A stretch of 45,717 bases of DNA from Octopus bimaculoides (GCF_001194135.2 NC_068986.1:93266974-93312690), one strand, 5' to 3'; positions 12,071 through 27,250 are shown, numbered from the stretch's first letter. Numbers and translations: made by a program. Notes: generated from the sequence alone by a model not told the origin.

Positions 12071-12488
12071 CATATAAACATTTGCTTCCTTTCTTCTTCC
12101 TACGTCTATTTTTTAAAAATTTTCCGCCTTCTCTTCATTCTTTCTTTCCTTTCCTTCCTACCCCCTGTTCCTCAACCCCTATCCTCAAGTCTTATCTTCA
12201 ATCTGTCTGGCAATGTTTATAAGGAATACATTTCAAAACTGGATGAATGCTTCTTATTTTCGGGAAAGCCTTTTCCTTCTGTACATCTATGCAATCATCA
12301 TCATGCCATATAATCATTATCATTATGTAACTTCCTTGCTAGTTATAAGATAGGGACACAGATATAATCATCATAAACAAAGCCTGAAAGATTGCTTGGA
12401 GATACATGGTGTTTTTTATAAATATGCCTGTTTAAGGTATCATAAAAGCATGAAGCTATTAGTATCTCTTTCGGTATGTGTATTAAAT

Positions 12489-12527
<39 letters not shown>

Positions 12528-12530
<3 letters not shown>

Positions 12531-13190
12531 TCATCATCATCATCATCATCATCATCGTTTAACATCCTCTTTCCATGCTAGCATGGGTTGGACGATTTGA
12601 CTGGGGACTGGTGGACCAGGAGGCGACACCAGGCTCTGATCTGATTTGGCAGAGTTTCTACAGCTGGATGCCCTTCCTAACGCCAACCACTCCGAGAGTG
12701 TAGTAGGTGTTTTTTACATGCCACCGGCACGGAGGCCAGTCAGGTAGTACTGGCAACGGCCACACTCAAAATGGTGTATTTTATGTGCCACCTGCACAGG
12801 AGCCAATCCAGTAGCACTGACAATGATCTCGCTCAAATGTTTTTTCACATGCCACCAGCACAAGTGCCAGGAAGGCGACGCTGGGCACTTTCGCTTGCCC
12901 CAACAGGTCATCACAAGCCTAGTTTCATGTCCAATGAAGAAGACGACGTTGGCATGGGTGCCAGTCGTCTTCGCAAGCGGAGTTTAGTGTCCAATGAAGG
13001 AAGATACACATAAGAGGGCTGGCTACACCCCTGGCAGAGGCCTTGAATTTAGGTCTCACTTGGCTTGCCGGGTCTTCTCACGCACAGCATATTTCCAAAG
13101 GTCTCAGTCAGAAGTCATTGCCTCGGTGAGGCCCAATGTTCGAAGGTCGTGCCTCACCACCTCATCCCAGGTCTTCCATGGATTGGACAG
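12528..13190 (-). mobile_element. 5'-truncated RTE LINE: ORF end plus long 3'UTR and (GAT)n tail
   Basis: Minus frame PWKTWDEVVRHDLRTLGLTEAMTSD*DLWKYAVREKTRQAK* runs directly into family C sequence. Confidence 0.9.
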
Positions 13191-13204
13191 ATTAACAGGA
13201 TCCA

Positions 13205-13500
13205 ACTGAGTATCATTAACAATTGTTCCTACCCCTTTTCTTTCTCACTATATCCACCCCTACATACCTCTGACATCTGTCTCTGTCACTGTGCACCTTC
13301 TCTCCCTACCACCACCACATTTCACTTCATCTCCTGACTACAGTTTTATTATACTGTTGCTCATCTCTACCCCCTCTCTTTATGTATCACCTCCTTATTT
13401 TCTTTGAATATTACCCTTTCTAACTGAGATTCACCAATGACCACGCCTCTGTTCATGTTCACCATTTACTTCATTCACTTCTATTCTCATCTGCCATTCT
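13205..13500 (+). mobile_element. Highly decayed CR1/L2(Jockey)-group LINE 3' fragment
   Basis: Weak by-eye similarity to 40560-40850 and 24200-24420. Confidence 0.35.
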
Positions 13501-13510
13501 CCTTTCACAT

Positions 13511-13556
<46 letters not shown>

Positions 13557-14177
13557 CATTCATGCATGCATAAACATAAGTACACATACACGTGCATGTA
13601 TAGATAGAGAGAAATATAAATAGATAGTGACAGACAGACACATGTTTTTATGTCTGTTTTGTTGAGATAGAAAACGCGCGTTTTTTTTTTCCTTCATTTT
13701 ATCTCTATCCTTCACCATATGAGTTTTTTTGTGTGTTGCTAACCTGTTCATACCCTAAGGCTCCTAAGTTCAAACGCTGACTAGCTTCACTTGGCCTTTC
13801 ATCTCTGTGACATCAGTAACGTAGCTGGAAGCAACTGTATATGCTCCACCACTTGATTGGTTGGTCCTTAGATATAATTTAGTCTGACCCTTTAAAGTCA
13901 CATGTACTGATAATAACTTATTGGAGCAACGAGTGTTTCTCTGTGTGTATGTATGTATGTATGTGTGCATATTTGTGCATGTAAGTATTGTATGTGTGAG
14001 TGTATAAGTACGCTTGCTTATATATGTATATGTGTGTATGTACACATAATTGCATGTATGTACACATGCATATATATATGTGATGTGTTTATGCATGCAC
14101 ATATTGTGAATATGTGTGTGAATATATGTAAGTATGTATGCTTATATGTGAAATTATATATACATATGTGCATGTGC

Positions 14178-14219
<42 letters not shown>

Positions 14220-14269
14220 TTGTGTGTGTGTGTGTGTGTATGCATGTAAACATAAAAGTGATATTATTA

Positions 14270-15040
14270 NNNNNNNNNNNNNNNNNNNNNNNNNNNNNNN
14301 NNNNNNNNNNNNNNNNNNNNNNNNNNNNNNNNNNNNNNNNNNNNNNNNNNNNNNNNNNNNNNNNNNNNNNNNNNNNNNNNNNNNNNNNNNNNNNNNNNNN
14401 NNNNNNNNNNNNNNNNNNNNNNNNNNNNNNNNNNNNNNNNNNNNNNNNNNNNNNNNNNNNNNNNNNNNNNNNNNNNNNNNNNNNNNNNNNNNNNNNNNNN
14501 NNNNNNNNNNNNNNNNNNNNNNNNNNNNNNNNNNNNNNNNNNNNNNNNNNNNNNNNNNNNNNNNNNNNNNNNNNNNNNNNNNNNNNNNNNNNNNNNNNNN
14601 NNNNNNNNNNNNNNNNNNNNNNNNNNNNNNNNNNNNNNNNNNNNNNNNNNNNNNNNNNNNNNNNNNNNNNNNNNNNNNNNNNNNNNNNNNNNNNNNNNNN
14701 NNNNNNNNNNNNNNNNNNNNNNNNNNNNNNNNNNNNNNNNNNNNNNNNNNNNNNNNNNNNNNNNNNNNNNNNNNNNNNNNNNNNNNNNNNNNNNNNNNNN
14801 NNNNNNNNNNNNNNNNNNNNNNNNNNNNNNNNNNNNNNNNNNNNNNNNNNNNNNNNNNNNNNNNNNNNNNNNNNNNNNNNNNNNNNNNNNNNNNNNNNNN
14901 NNNNNNNNNNNNNNNNNNNNNNNNNNNNNNNNNNNNNNNNNNNNNNNNNNNNNNNNNNNNNNNNNNNNNNNNNNNNNNNNNNNNNNNNNNNNNNNNNNNN
15001 NNNNNNNNNNNNNNNNNNNNNNNNNNNNNNNNNNNNNNNN
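14270..15040. other. Assembly gap (771 N)
   Basis: N run. Confidence 1.
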
Positions 15041-15058
15041 TATATATATATATATATA

Positions 15059-16423
<1,365 letters not shown>

Positions 16424-16784
16424 ATGTATGTATATATGTATGTAGATTTATATACGTTTGTGTAATCATGTGGCTTCTCTACAGAAGGAAACCTGTTGTG
16501 TTCTGGCTCCTCTCATTTTTACTCCTCATCTCCTGACATAAAGCTGCCCCTCTCAGGACTGGTTGTCTTGGAATCTAAACGATGACCTCACAAGTGTAAC
16601 TTGCACAAGAAAAGCATCCAGTACACTCTGTAAAATGGTTGGCATTAAGAAGAACATCCAGCCTGAGAAACCACTCCAATGCAGGCACTGATGCACAAAA
16701 CAGTCCTTAGGCTCACAGGATTCTTTTGAAGCATCCAATGCATGCCAGAATGTAACATGGCCATTAATTAATGATGACGACAAC

Positions 16785-17200
16785 CACCACCACCATCATC
16801 ATCACTTAACATCTGTTTTCTGAGCTGGCATGGCTTGGATCATTTGATTGGGCCTGGCCAGGCAGAGCACTGCTCCAGGCTTTACTATCTGTTTTGGCAG
16901 GGTTTTTATAGTTGGATGCCCTTCCTAACATCGACCCCTTACAAAATGGACTAATGCTTTTTATGTGGCACCAGCACCAACAAGGCCAGTTTTGGCATGG
17001 TTTTTACAGCTGGATACCCTTCCAAACACCAACTACTCTAAGTGTGGATTGGATACAGCAGCACTGGTGAGGTTACCAAGCAATTTGCAAGACAAAGATC
17101 CTATGAGATGGGGTAGCATTGAAGGTGGTGCCTTTGTGCCAGGTGATGAGAGGTTAGAGTGTGACTGAAAAATAAGTACTGTCTCAAGTCCTAGAACTCA
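16785..17200 (-). mobile_element. Family C (RTE tail) decayed copy
   Basis: tggatgcccttcctaac present twice; (cat) tail. Confidence 0.7.
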
Positions 17201-17882
17201 TAGAGCTCCTTACCTAGGTTCTATGGTGTATAAGCGACCAAGATTGTAATATTCCTCTTGGATGGGATGCCAGTCCATTGCAAGCTTACTCATTAACAAC
17301 TGAGTAGACACTGGAACAACATAAATTGAAGTTCTTTTATTTTTTACTGAAGATCACAATGCACTACCCTTTCTGGGAATTGAAACCACTATCTTGTGAT
17401 CATTTGTGCAACTGGGCCTTGCACCTTCACATGATGATGATGATGATCGTCATGCGTATATATATCATCATCATTATCATCATTCACACATGTACACACA
17501 TACATATATATATATGTACATATACACATACACAGACACTTATATCTGTATATACACACTATATAAATCAACGAAGGAAAATTGTATTCTGTGTGTGTAT
17601 GTTTGTGTTTTTCATTACTAGTATATTTCTATCATATGAAGTATGTGCATGTATGTCCATTGGCAAAGATTAAAATAAGAGACTACTTCTCTGCTGAGTC
17701 TTCACTGAATTGTCTCCAAAGAACTTTGTCAGTCATGTAAATCTTTTATCTTTTTTAATCGACACATGTCTCCTGTCAGTTACCATATTATCAGTTCTCT
17801 AACCCCAATTCACTTCAGCTTATCACCAGTAGTATTTATCAAAAGAATATATGCTCCTTACACAAATATAATCGAAACATCT

Positions 17883-18050
17883 TTCATTATTTTACTTGTT
17901 TCACTCATTGGATTGCAGCCATGTTGAAGCAACACCTTAAAAGGTTTAGTTTAGCAAATCAACCTTGTTCTTATTCTATTGGTCTCTTTTTTGCTAAAGT
18001 GTGAAAGAATGGGGAAGTAAATAAACCAAAACCAGTTGTTAAGTGCTATG
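17883..18050 (-). mobile_element. SINE family B 3' tail fragment
   Basis: ttacttgtttca.tcatt.gactgc.gccatg reverse complement of the 41640-41675 tail. Confidence 0.65.
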
Positions 18051-18143
18051 ATGATGGTGGTGGTGGAAAAACACAAAGCTACACACACGTGCACACACAC
18101 ACACACATACACACACACGCACGCGCACATGCAAACATATATA

Positions 18144-18360
18144 TGAAGAGGTGCTGAAAAGTTCCTAAGTTTCGGTAAAAGAAAATACAGGAGGATCAGT
18201 TCATTATGATTTTATTCAATATATTCCCCTCTAAGATGCATGCACTTATTGCAGTGGTCCTTCCGTTTTTTAAAGCCCTGTAAAAGAACTTGGAAAGTTG
18301 GGTCTCCAACCAGGCTTTTTGTGTTACCCTTAAAGCCAGGAACTCTTCAGCACCCCCTCG
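18144..18360. mobile_element. mariner-type MITE
   Basis: TIRs tgaagaggtgctgaaaagttcct / aggaactcttcagcaccccctcg with TA on both sides. Confidence 0.75.
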
Positions 18361-19034
18361 TATATATATACATATATGCATAAATGTGTATGTGTGTATA
18401 TATATATACATATATACATATATACATACACACACATATGTATGTGTGTATATATATATATATATATACATACATACATATGTACATACATACATGCATG
18501 CCTACATATAATATATAAACATACATGAATACATACATAAGTACATATGCAATAGGATTCCTCACATGGTATTGCAGCTCAGGACTACAATTGAAGTCAC
18601 TTGCCCAAGTTGCCTCACGGTGGGACTGAACTTGAAATCATGCAGTTGCAAAGCAAACTTCTTAACCACACCACACCACACCACAAAGCTTTGCTGGTAT
18701 TTTACTTTTGTAAAAGGCAAAAAGCGAAAGAGAAGCAATTATATATCCAAGGACCATTGGAACAAAATACTGATATATATCTTGATTTTATGAAACAATA
18801 TACCAAAGGCGTGATGACCCACAGCAGGCAGTTAATACAAAGAAGATAACCATTTATTCATAATATTTGGTGGGATTAGAAGCTTGTATATGAAAGTAAG
18901 GAAAAAGAAAAGAGATTCATGGAATGCACATATAGTTATTTTTTTTATTATTATTATTTTGTTATTAACTTATTTCAAAGTTCAAGTGAAGAAGAGTTGA
19001 GAAACGGTATCTGAACCAGTCTGATGAAGGTGCT

Positions 19035-19600
19035 TTTTTGCAGTTGCTTGACCTGTTTGAAGTAGCAGCTAAATCTCAATCAGCTCACACTCTGTAGACT
19101 TTAAAAAGGAAGGGTGCCTTGACTAATGTAGTTTGATGTATTTTATAAATGTTAAAATTGAGATAAGATGGTCACGTTTGGAATGATTTTAGTCATATAG
19201 GTCTGCTGGGAAAAGCTGAACATGGGGGTTAAACAATAACAACAGTAGTAATGAAAACAAGGGTATTAGAGTAATGGTTCTGTCATTATTGTTGTTATTT
19301 GTTTAACCCCAGGCCATCCCTGACAGAGTGCATCTATAGTTTTGAACCTATCAACCATGACTCTCATGTCCATATAAATAGAACAGACTCCCTGTTTTTT
19401 GTAATGTTGTTGTTGTTTGACCACTGGTCAACTCTGACTTAGCAAACCTATGATCAAAGGGCATTCCAGTTGTAATGACCCAGCTTTTATTCAGACATAG
19501 TATATCTAGGACTCCATTATCCAATGTATCTTTCTGTTTTAAAGATGGTAGGCTGTGAACTGAGAGAGATTTAGTTACTATTTCTAGCAAGTTGAATGAT
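19035..19600. mobile_element. Cluster of family D SINE-like copies in opposite orientations
   Basis: + copy 19035-19255 ending aaacaataacaac; - copies from 19285 starting ttgttgttatttgtttaacccc. Confidence 0.65.
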
Positions 19601-20029
19601 CACACAGATGCTACTTCTTCATTGGCTCCTTCTGTGAGAGTCTGTGGGGTTTTCTGGGTGAGATTAACTTCATGTTCCACTTAGCTGAAGGCATATGCAT
19701 CAAAGTATATATAAAAAGAAAGAAAAAAACGGTGGAAGATATTGAGATATTTATTACATGGAAGCCAGACAGACCCAGGAAGGCTGACTGATGTATGGTT
19801 CTATTCCTATCAGATTTTCTCTTTTTCTTTTTCGATCTCGTACATTGCTGAAGTGACCTTATGGTCATGCAACAGTGATTCCTGACCCTTTGACATCAGC
19901 ATATCATTCAATCATATCCTTTGTACTCTATAAGCACCTTTTATCTAAGTTGCTTCATCCATCACTCATCTCTTGGAATGAAAGTTTTCTGTCAGTCGGC
20001 TGTATTGAAGTTGATAAGAAAAGACAGTG

Positions 20030-20365
20030 TTATTGTTGCTATTGTTGATATTTTCGCTGTTCCTGTCAAAGTTGCAGATGTTGTTGCAGTTGTTATTGAT
20101 GTTGTTATTGTGACAGTTGTTCTTCTTGTTGCAATTGCAGTTGCTACTGTTTGTTCTTGTTGCTATTTCAGTTACTTTAGTTATTGCAGTTGTTACAGCT
20201 GTTGTTGTTATGAAAGTTACTATGGTAACATTTGTCTTTTTGTTGTAATTGTTGTATTCGCCACAGTTGTTGTTTTTGTTCTTCTTTTTCTGTTAGTCAC
20301 TTGAATTCAACAAAAATTAAATGTTTTGTGTTTTCCCTCTTATTTCATTACACTTTCAAAACGTT

Positions 20366-20403
<38 letters not shown>

Positions 20404-20405
20404 AC
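20030..20405. repeat. Degenerate (GTT)n tract
   Basis: Direct reading. Confidence 0.85.
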
Positions 20406-21257
20406 ATTTGGTTGCTTTGGTTGAAGGGGCATTGTTGACTCCTATCTATATTTTGAATGTGTTATGCCTGTTGAATTGGATTAATTAGAATAAACTAAGC
20501 AAAGACTGTTCTGCTGATATTCAACTTGGATTATCAGAACAAAATTAAATAGAATATGACAGTGAGAGAGAAAGAGTTAGTAGGATTCGGTGCATTAAAT
20601 ATTACCTTTGCATGTTGCTAGAATAAGAAGTATTGGTGAAAATCCCATATTTGATGGGCATATTAGATGCTCCTAAATTTCAGCAGCATATGTTCAAGAA
20701 AAAAAAGGAGAGATTTCAGTGTATTAAAACATGGGATATGGGTCCAACTTTGTGTACAAGGACCCAGGGTAATTTCTGGTAATTTCTGGAGATTTTTTTG
20801 GGGTGGGGATGGGGGACAATGTGTATGCCATCAAATACAGAATTTAATGAAGAGATAGCTGAGATGTGTTGTGGTATGTGGAAGTGAAACTGTAACTAGA
20901 GAGGTGGGGTGCAGCAACTGTAGGGAGTGAGTTAACTTGGGCATAGTTCAAAAGAAACATGGGTCTTTGTAGTAGTAGTAGTAGTAGTAGTAATGATGGT
21001 GGTAATGGTAGTGCTAGCAGTAGATTGTCAGTTTGAATTTTTTTTTACTTTTTGATAGTTTTTTTCTTTTTTGGTATGTGGTCAAACATGTAGCTGTTTG
21101 TTGTGTAGGTGTGAGTCAGTCCAAATGGAGTGAATGTGTCTAGTGTGTAGTTTAATGCATGCCATGGATAACCCCATGACTGAAATTAAGTACACAGCTG
21201 TGCAGAACATCCAAGTATCTAGAATTGTGGAATCTGACTGTAGTAGTAGAAGTAGTA

Positions 21258-21291
<34 letters not shown>

Positions 21292-22204
21292 CCTATCGCC
21301 ATCATTAAGATCATCATCATCATCAAAACCATTCTAAGGGAGTATCTCATATAATAAAACCTTTAATGATATACTATTGAATACAGTGCACCATGGAGTG
21401 TGTTAGCATGGACGTACACATGCACACACACACATGTATGTTGATGTACACATGCATACATGCATGAAACCTCAGTAAAATACACCTATATTTCTTATTG
21501 CATCTCTTCCTGTCTCTTTACATACATACACACACATGCATGTACATATGTATATTTATGCCTGTAGATGTGTATGTATATGTGTGTGTGTATGTAATTG
21601 TATTAATAGTTTAAGTCACTGATACACTACATGAAGCTTTACAGATGTAAGAGATATGCCCGATCATTTAGATGCTTACTTCTGAGTTGCACAACACAAC
21701 TTGGAACATTCTTGACAAGGATTTAGTCTATCCACCTTGAGCATGCATCTGTCACCTTTGTTTTGTGAAAAACTGTTCATAATACTAAAGCACAGTATTT
21801 TTGTGACAGGAAAATTGGAATGTTATTTTGCTGTCATCAGTGGAGCTCTCTGCATATGACATTAGCTATCAATAACATTTCATATTTACTCCATATATAG
21901 CAAAATCCTACTGTACCTCTGAACAAGGAAACTCTTGTATTGCTCCTGCTAATGGAGTTTTTTGTTGACTAACTCTAAGCTGTTACTATCATCCAGTAAA
22001 TTTCAGTAAACTTCGCTCAAAGTTTCAACTTCCCTGAAATTTCATTAGAATTTCTAACCAATACAAGAAAGAATACTCCTGCTCCCTCAACAAGAATTGT
22101 CTCCCATTCAATTTCGTCAACAGCTGTTGAGACACCAGCTTCATCTCATGATCCAAACTAGCCAATGAGAATGAGCCTTAGTAACCATCCAATGACTAAC
22201 TGTC

Positions 22205-22750
22205 ATTGGATGATTACAGGAGATATTTTTCTGCAATCCTAGCATGTATAAGCAGTGATTAAGCAAGGGTCAGCTTCTGGAACCCATTGCCAAACATGGG
22301 CATTTTGAACACAGTAATGCTCTGCATCTAGTGGAATTCGCAGGGATAATACACTACGAATTCATTCTGGATGGTTGAATCCTCGATGCCAACCTGTATT
22401 TGGAACAGCTGGAGCAGATGCATGCCACTGTGCAGCAAAAATATTTGGTGTTAATTAACAGAGAGCAAGCTGTTCTGCACCAAGACAACACAAAACCTCA
22501 TATCACCTGAATAACTTGGAATAAACTCCAGAAACTTTGGCGAATCGAATAGATGCCACACCCAGCATATAGTCTGGACTGAGCTCCCTTGGATTATTAT
22601 TACTTGTTCTGATACAAGGTTCACTTACTACACTTATGACACTTCATCAACCAAGTGGAGGTGGAAGTTTCAGTGAAAGAATTCTTAGCCTTGGTGAGAT
22701 CAAAGTACTGGCAGAAAAGTAACTTCAGTCATGATGGCCTCTACTTTCAA
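22205..22750 (+). pseudogene. Decayed mariner (DD34D-type) transposase fragment
   Basis: ITGD..IIHYE..DANLY.EQL..HQDNTKPH..MPHPAYSLD*APLDYY matches mariner HDNARPH / HPPYSPDLAPSDY. Confidence 0.85.
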
Positions 22751-23138
22751 TACAAGGCTGCTTTTGTTGTAACTTTACAAATAAAGCAAATGAATTATCA
22801 AAATATTGCTAAACTTTTGACTCAGCACAATATAACAGTGAATCCAAGTAGATTTCATGTTGTCACATATTTTACGTGTAATGTATCTTTGCATTTAATT
22901 TAGGTGTGTCATTGGCAATTAGTAAAGCTTTCCTAATAGTTGTTCTCTCTCTCTCTTTTTTTTTTTTTTTTGCCCAATTCTTTGTAAAATCATAGTGTTG
23001 TCAGTGAGTAGTTTTTGTGCCTACATTTATTTTGCATATTATAATGGGACCATATTTGGATGTAGCTGTGTTTTTAATATGTTTGAAACAAAAGTTGTCA
23101 TCTATTTACACACATACACACATTATGCAATTTATTAC

Positions 23139-23183
<45 letters not shown>

Positions 23184-23569
23184 GCTTTTGATTTGCATGT
23201 TTGATACCATCATTTGTTGGTGTCACACCCAGTGCCCTAGGTCAAGCTATTGTTATTACTATTATTATCAATATTATTACTTTCATCACCATCATCATTG
23301 TTTTATTATTATCTTCATTATTATTTTTATTATTATAATCATTTCGGTAATGTTCAGTATTATGATATCTCTAATACAGTAATGAGACTTTAAAAAAAAA
23401 ACCCTGTTTGCCTCAGTCTGTATGGCTGACAAAACAGATTGCTCTCTTATTTCATGGATGAATGGTCAGTAACATAATAATATTGCAAAGTCATAACAGG
23501 GAAAAAACATTTTTTTTAATTACTATAGTAACGGAAAAAAAATGTATAAATTTGTGGACAACATTGCAA

Positions 23570-24420
23570 TACTTGCTTTGCCAGTTCTGTGTACAACAAA
23601 GTTCCTTTCTAAACCCTATACTCTTTCTTCTGTACATTAGCAACCTACATAACATCATTCTCAACAACACCCCCTTTTATATCACTCTTCATTTCTCTCT
23701 AATCTTCAGAGTACAACTGTCATTCACATGAAATCTAGATACCTGATCCAATCTTGTGCTGCTTTCTTGAACAGAGACTTTACAAGCATACACCAATGAG
23801 TCGTATCTGTTGTACTTGCCTCCACAGATGTACAATGACTGCATGTGTCTAGGCGATACTTGTTTACCCTCACCTAGTCATAGTCAACATGCAGCTAAAA
23901 CCTTCAAACTCATTGCAAATGTTAAACCCTGACATTCACTGATGATCTCCCTTTGTTATCTCGCATACACGACATAGCAAACAATGCTTCCCTAAAATGG
24001 GTTTCCTCTTTTAGGCCCTGAAAATACTATAGCTTCTTACAGTCACTAACTTTTTACTAAGTTCAAATGAGAGCCACCATTTTGAATGATGATGCTTTTG
24101 CAGCAGATCCCGACACTCTAAGTCACCACACACATACAAAAACGACATAGAAAGACTACATTCAAATTTCTGATCCACAGATATGCCATACCTTCCTCTA
24201 TCTAGTTTACACCTGCTGCTGTCTCCTCTGTCTTAGGAGCCATCCTGGTTTCATGACATCTCTACTCAGGTTTACCCAGTTCTCTCATCTTTCCTCCTCT
24301 TGCCATCCATATTGTGTGTGTGTCTCTCTCTGCCCTACATGCATGCTCTACTTTAATAGTCCTTCTTCAAGAGAATCTAATCCCTCTGCAGGCCTCCACC
24401 GTCTGCTTGTTTATTCTGCA
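23570..24420 (+). mobile_element. Highly decayed CR1/L2(Jockey)-group LINE RT region
   Basis: CVQQSSFLNPILFLLYISNL resembles the RT motif GVPQGSVL.P.LFLLYINDL. Confidence 0.6.
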
Positions 24421-24510
24421 GTTATGGTCTTCCAACTATTCAAGAAAACATGAAAGATTAAATAAAAACACGGAAGACTAAATAAAAATAAATGATGTCA
24501 TCATAACTAT

Positions 24511-24547
<37 letters not shown>

Positions 24548-24817
24548 ATGTGAGACTTAACATTTTTATGTATTAAACCAAAACAAAATGTAAATCACTT
24601 GAACTCATTCCACATAATGCAGAAAGATCTGTAGTGTTAATAATTATTTTTGTCAAAGCCAAAGGGGACAATCCTGAATTACAAATTGATGAAATATGAG
24701 GAGGCAGGCAGTGGTAAGTAAGACTTCAGCTCCAGTGACATGTTTTCTGCCCAGTTTGACTTCCTTAGCAAAGTAAAGTGTAACTGTTATGAACCTTGAT
24801 GCATTTACATGTGTGTG

Positions 24818-24855
<38 letters not shown>

Positions 24856-26155
24856 CGCGTGTATATCTTAATACACTAAATACTCATGTTCTCAACATAC
24901 ACTTATCAGAACTAGAAGTGTGTAGAGTTTGCCTTGTAAATATGTGAGTGTGTATGTGTATACAATGTTTTATCACTAAAATCCGTACATGTTCACTAAA
25001 TATGCTTAAGTTGAATTAAAAGTCTTTAGAATCTGATGCATAATCCTCTTCATCATTATCATCATCATTATAGTCTTCATCGTCAGCATCATAATCCTCT
25101 ACATCTTCATCAGTTAACATTTGTTCTGTACTGACCTGAGTTTGATTGGTTCTTTTGGTCTGAGTGATTTCTTATTTGAAACTACTGCACTCTTGGACAG
25201 GCCAGCGAGACATTTCTTACCCATTACATTCTCTTTTTGGTATGATTCTAGAGTTGGATCACTTTACAGAACGTATGAGATGCATTTTACCATGGCACCA
25301 GCACTAGAGATGTTACTTTGTCCCCAGCAAAGCTATAGAGTATGCTCCTCGTTGTTACTATTTGTTTAAAGTGACATCATTGAAAGGGTGAATAGAGAAA
25401 GAGTATGAAAGAGAGACAGGGCTATGGTGAAAGGATAATAGAAAGAGAGAGTACGATAAAAAAAAAATAGCAATTAAGAGTGAGAGGATGGTTGAGGAGG
25501 GATGAGAGAGAAAGAGGGAGAGCAAGACATTGAGGCAGCTACATGTTGGTTGTTTGTAATGAATTGGAAAAAGAGCATGAGTGGTATGATGAGAGAAGAG
25601 AAATTGACCAAAGGGTGAGAGAATTATGAAAGAGGGAGTAATGGAAGAGAGAGAGAGTGGTTGGGCAAAAAAAGTAAATTGGCATCAAAAATGTGTAATA
25701 GAGCTGGAAGTTGTGTGTGTGTGAGAGAGACAGAGAGAGAGTGTGTGAGTGAGTGAGTGAGTGAGTGTATGTGTGATGGATGGCAAGAAAGATGTGTGAT
25801 GTTGCGATTGATATTTTCCCTAACTATATAGTGGTTTACAGACATACTTCCCTCTATTATTGATCAAGTATTTACTAACTCTCTCTTATCGCTGGATACT
25901 GAAGACATCTTTTTATACATGTGCAAACATATCTCTCACAAGTCCATAAGAAACTACTCTTATATATATATATTATATTTTGGAACGGTAATTTTTTTTT
26001 GTTTTTGCCATATGGATGCACGCACTATATATTTGTTCTTCGTTTGCTTATTGCTATTCTTATTTTATCTCATGTCCATTGGACATAAGATAAAATAAGA
26101 ACAGCAATAAACAAGTGAAGAACGAATATGTAGTGTGTGTATTTATTTGGCAAAA

Positions 26156-26191
26156 NNNNNNNNNNNNNNNNNNNNNNNNNNNNNNNNNNNN
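26156..26191. other. Assembly gap (36 N)
   Basis: N run. Confidence 1.
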
Positions 26192-26300
26192 AAAAAAAAA
26201 AAACAAAAGGAAATGACCATCCCAAAATAGAACAATATTTGTTTCAACACACAATTTCACATCAGGAATCTTGCAAAACAAATTCATGCATATATATATG

Positions 26301-26365
<65 letters not shown>

Positions 26366-26384
26366 ATATATTTGTGCGTGTGTG

Positions 26385-26790
26385 TGTATTTACCAGACCA
26401 TCAAATGTTGTTACTCACCACTGGTCACAATGTGCTTCCAATTTTGTCTTGATTGCGTCATTCTTTTCCATCTTGACTAAGTCATCTCCCTATCATCATG
26501 GAGGCCTTCCAAGTGGCCTTTTCCAATCATTTGGACACCACCAGGCAATTTCACAGATCCACCTGTTGTCTGTGAACCTTGTGACATGTCCTGCCCTGTG
26601 AAACTTGTGTTTTCAGTACTCTTTCATCACATCATTAAACTCTGCTCCACTCTTGAATTATCTCGTTTTGAATGTGCTCTTGTAACGATGTTGCTAGCAT
26701 AGATCTTTCCAAGGCCCTTTGCATCATAACCAATCAATGTCCTGTCCACTATGTCTCATTTGTGTTTAAGAGCACAGATAGGATGGTGCA
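26385..26790 (-). mobile_element. RTE LINE C-terminal fragment
   Basis: Minus frame HKFHRAGHVTRFTDNRWICEIAWWCPNDWKRPLGRPP resembles KW.WAGHV.R.TDNRW..W.PR..KRP.GRP. Confidence 0.8.
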
Positions 26791-26845
26791 TATGCACATA
26801 ATTATACACACACACACACACACGTGTACACACACACACACACGT

Positions 26846-26880
<35 letters not shown>

Positions 26881-26989
26881 TTTTCAGCTTCCAATATCAT
26901 TCAAGTATACCTTGTCTTTCAGTATTGAGTGCCCTTCTCTCTCCTTGTTTGCATTTATGAATGATTACACACACACACACACACACACC

Positions 26990-27250
26990 TTCACTGTTGT
27001 CATCATCCTCATCATCGTAATCATCATTTAATGTCCACTTTTCCATAATTCCATGAATTAAACAGAATTTCTTGAGTCAGAATCTCTACGACCTGATGCT
27101 CTTGCTGTTGCCAACCCTTGCCTGTTACCAAGCAAAGTAATTTTATCTCATAGCCAGACGTGTTTCTCACGGGAGATAGGAAATGAATAACCTTGTATGA
27201 CAAAGGTGTTTGTATACAACCATTATGTGATGTCTAGACAATGGTACACA
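26990..27250 (-). mobile_element. Family C (RTE tail) decayed copy
   Basis: (cat) tail, tttaatgtccacttttccat, gttgccaacc. Confidence 0.65.

Noticed and set aside
12880-12930. Minus-strand gtgatga..gcgaaa in the RTE UTR as a hammerhead
   Set aside because: The core is GUGAUGA and the stem-II closing pair is absent; better explained by the 33-nt UTR duplication
13669-13686. gaaaacgcgcgtttt palindrome resembling a PLE stem III
   Set aside because: No upstream CUGANGA or stem II; at best an unrecognisable remnant
18998-19035. gaaacggta..ctgatgaagg, possible type-II hammerhead
   Set aside because: Stem II cannot form, stem I has only 3 bp and the stem III loop is 1 nt
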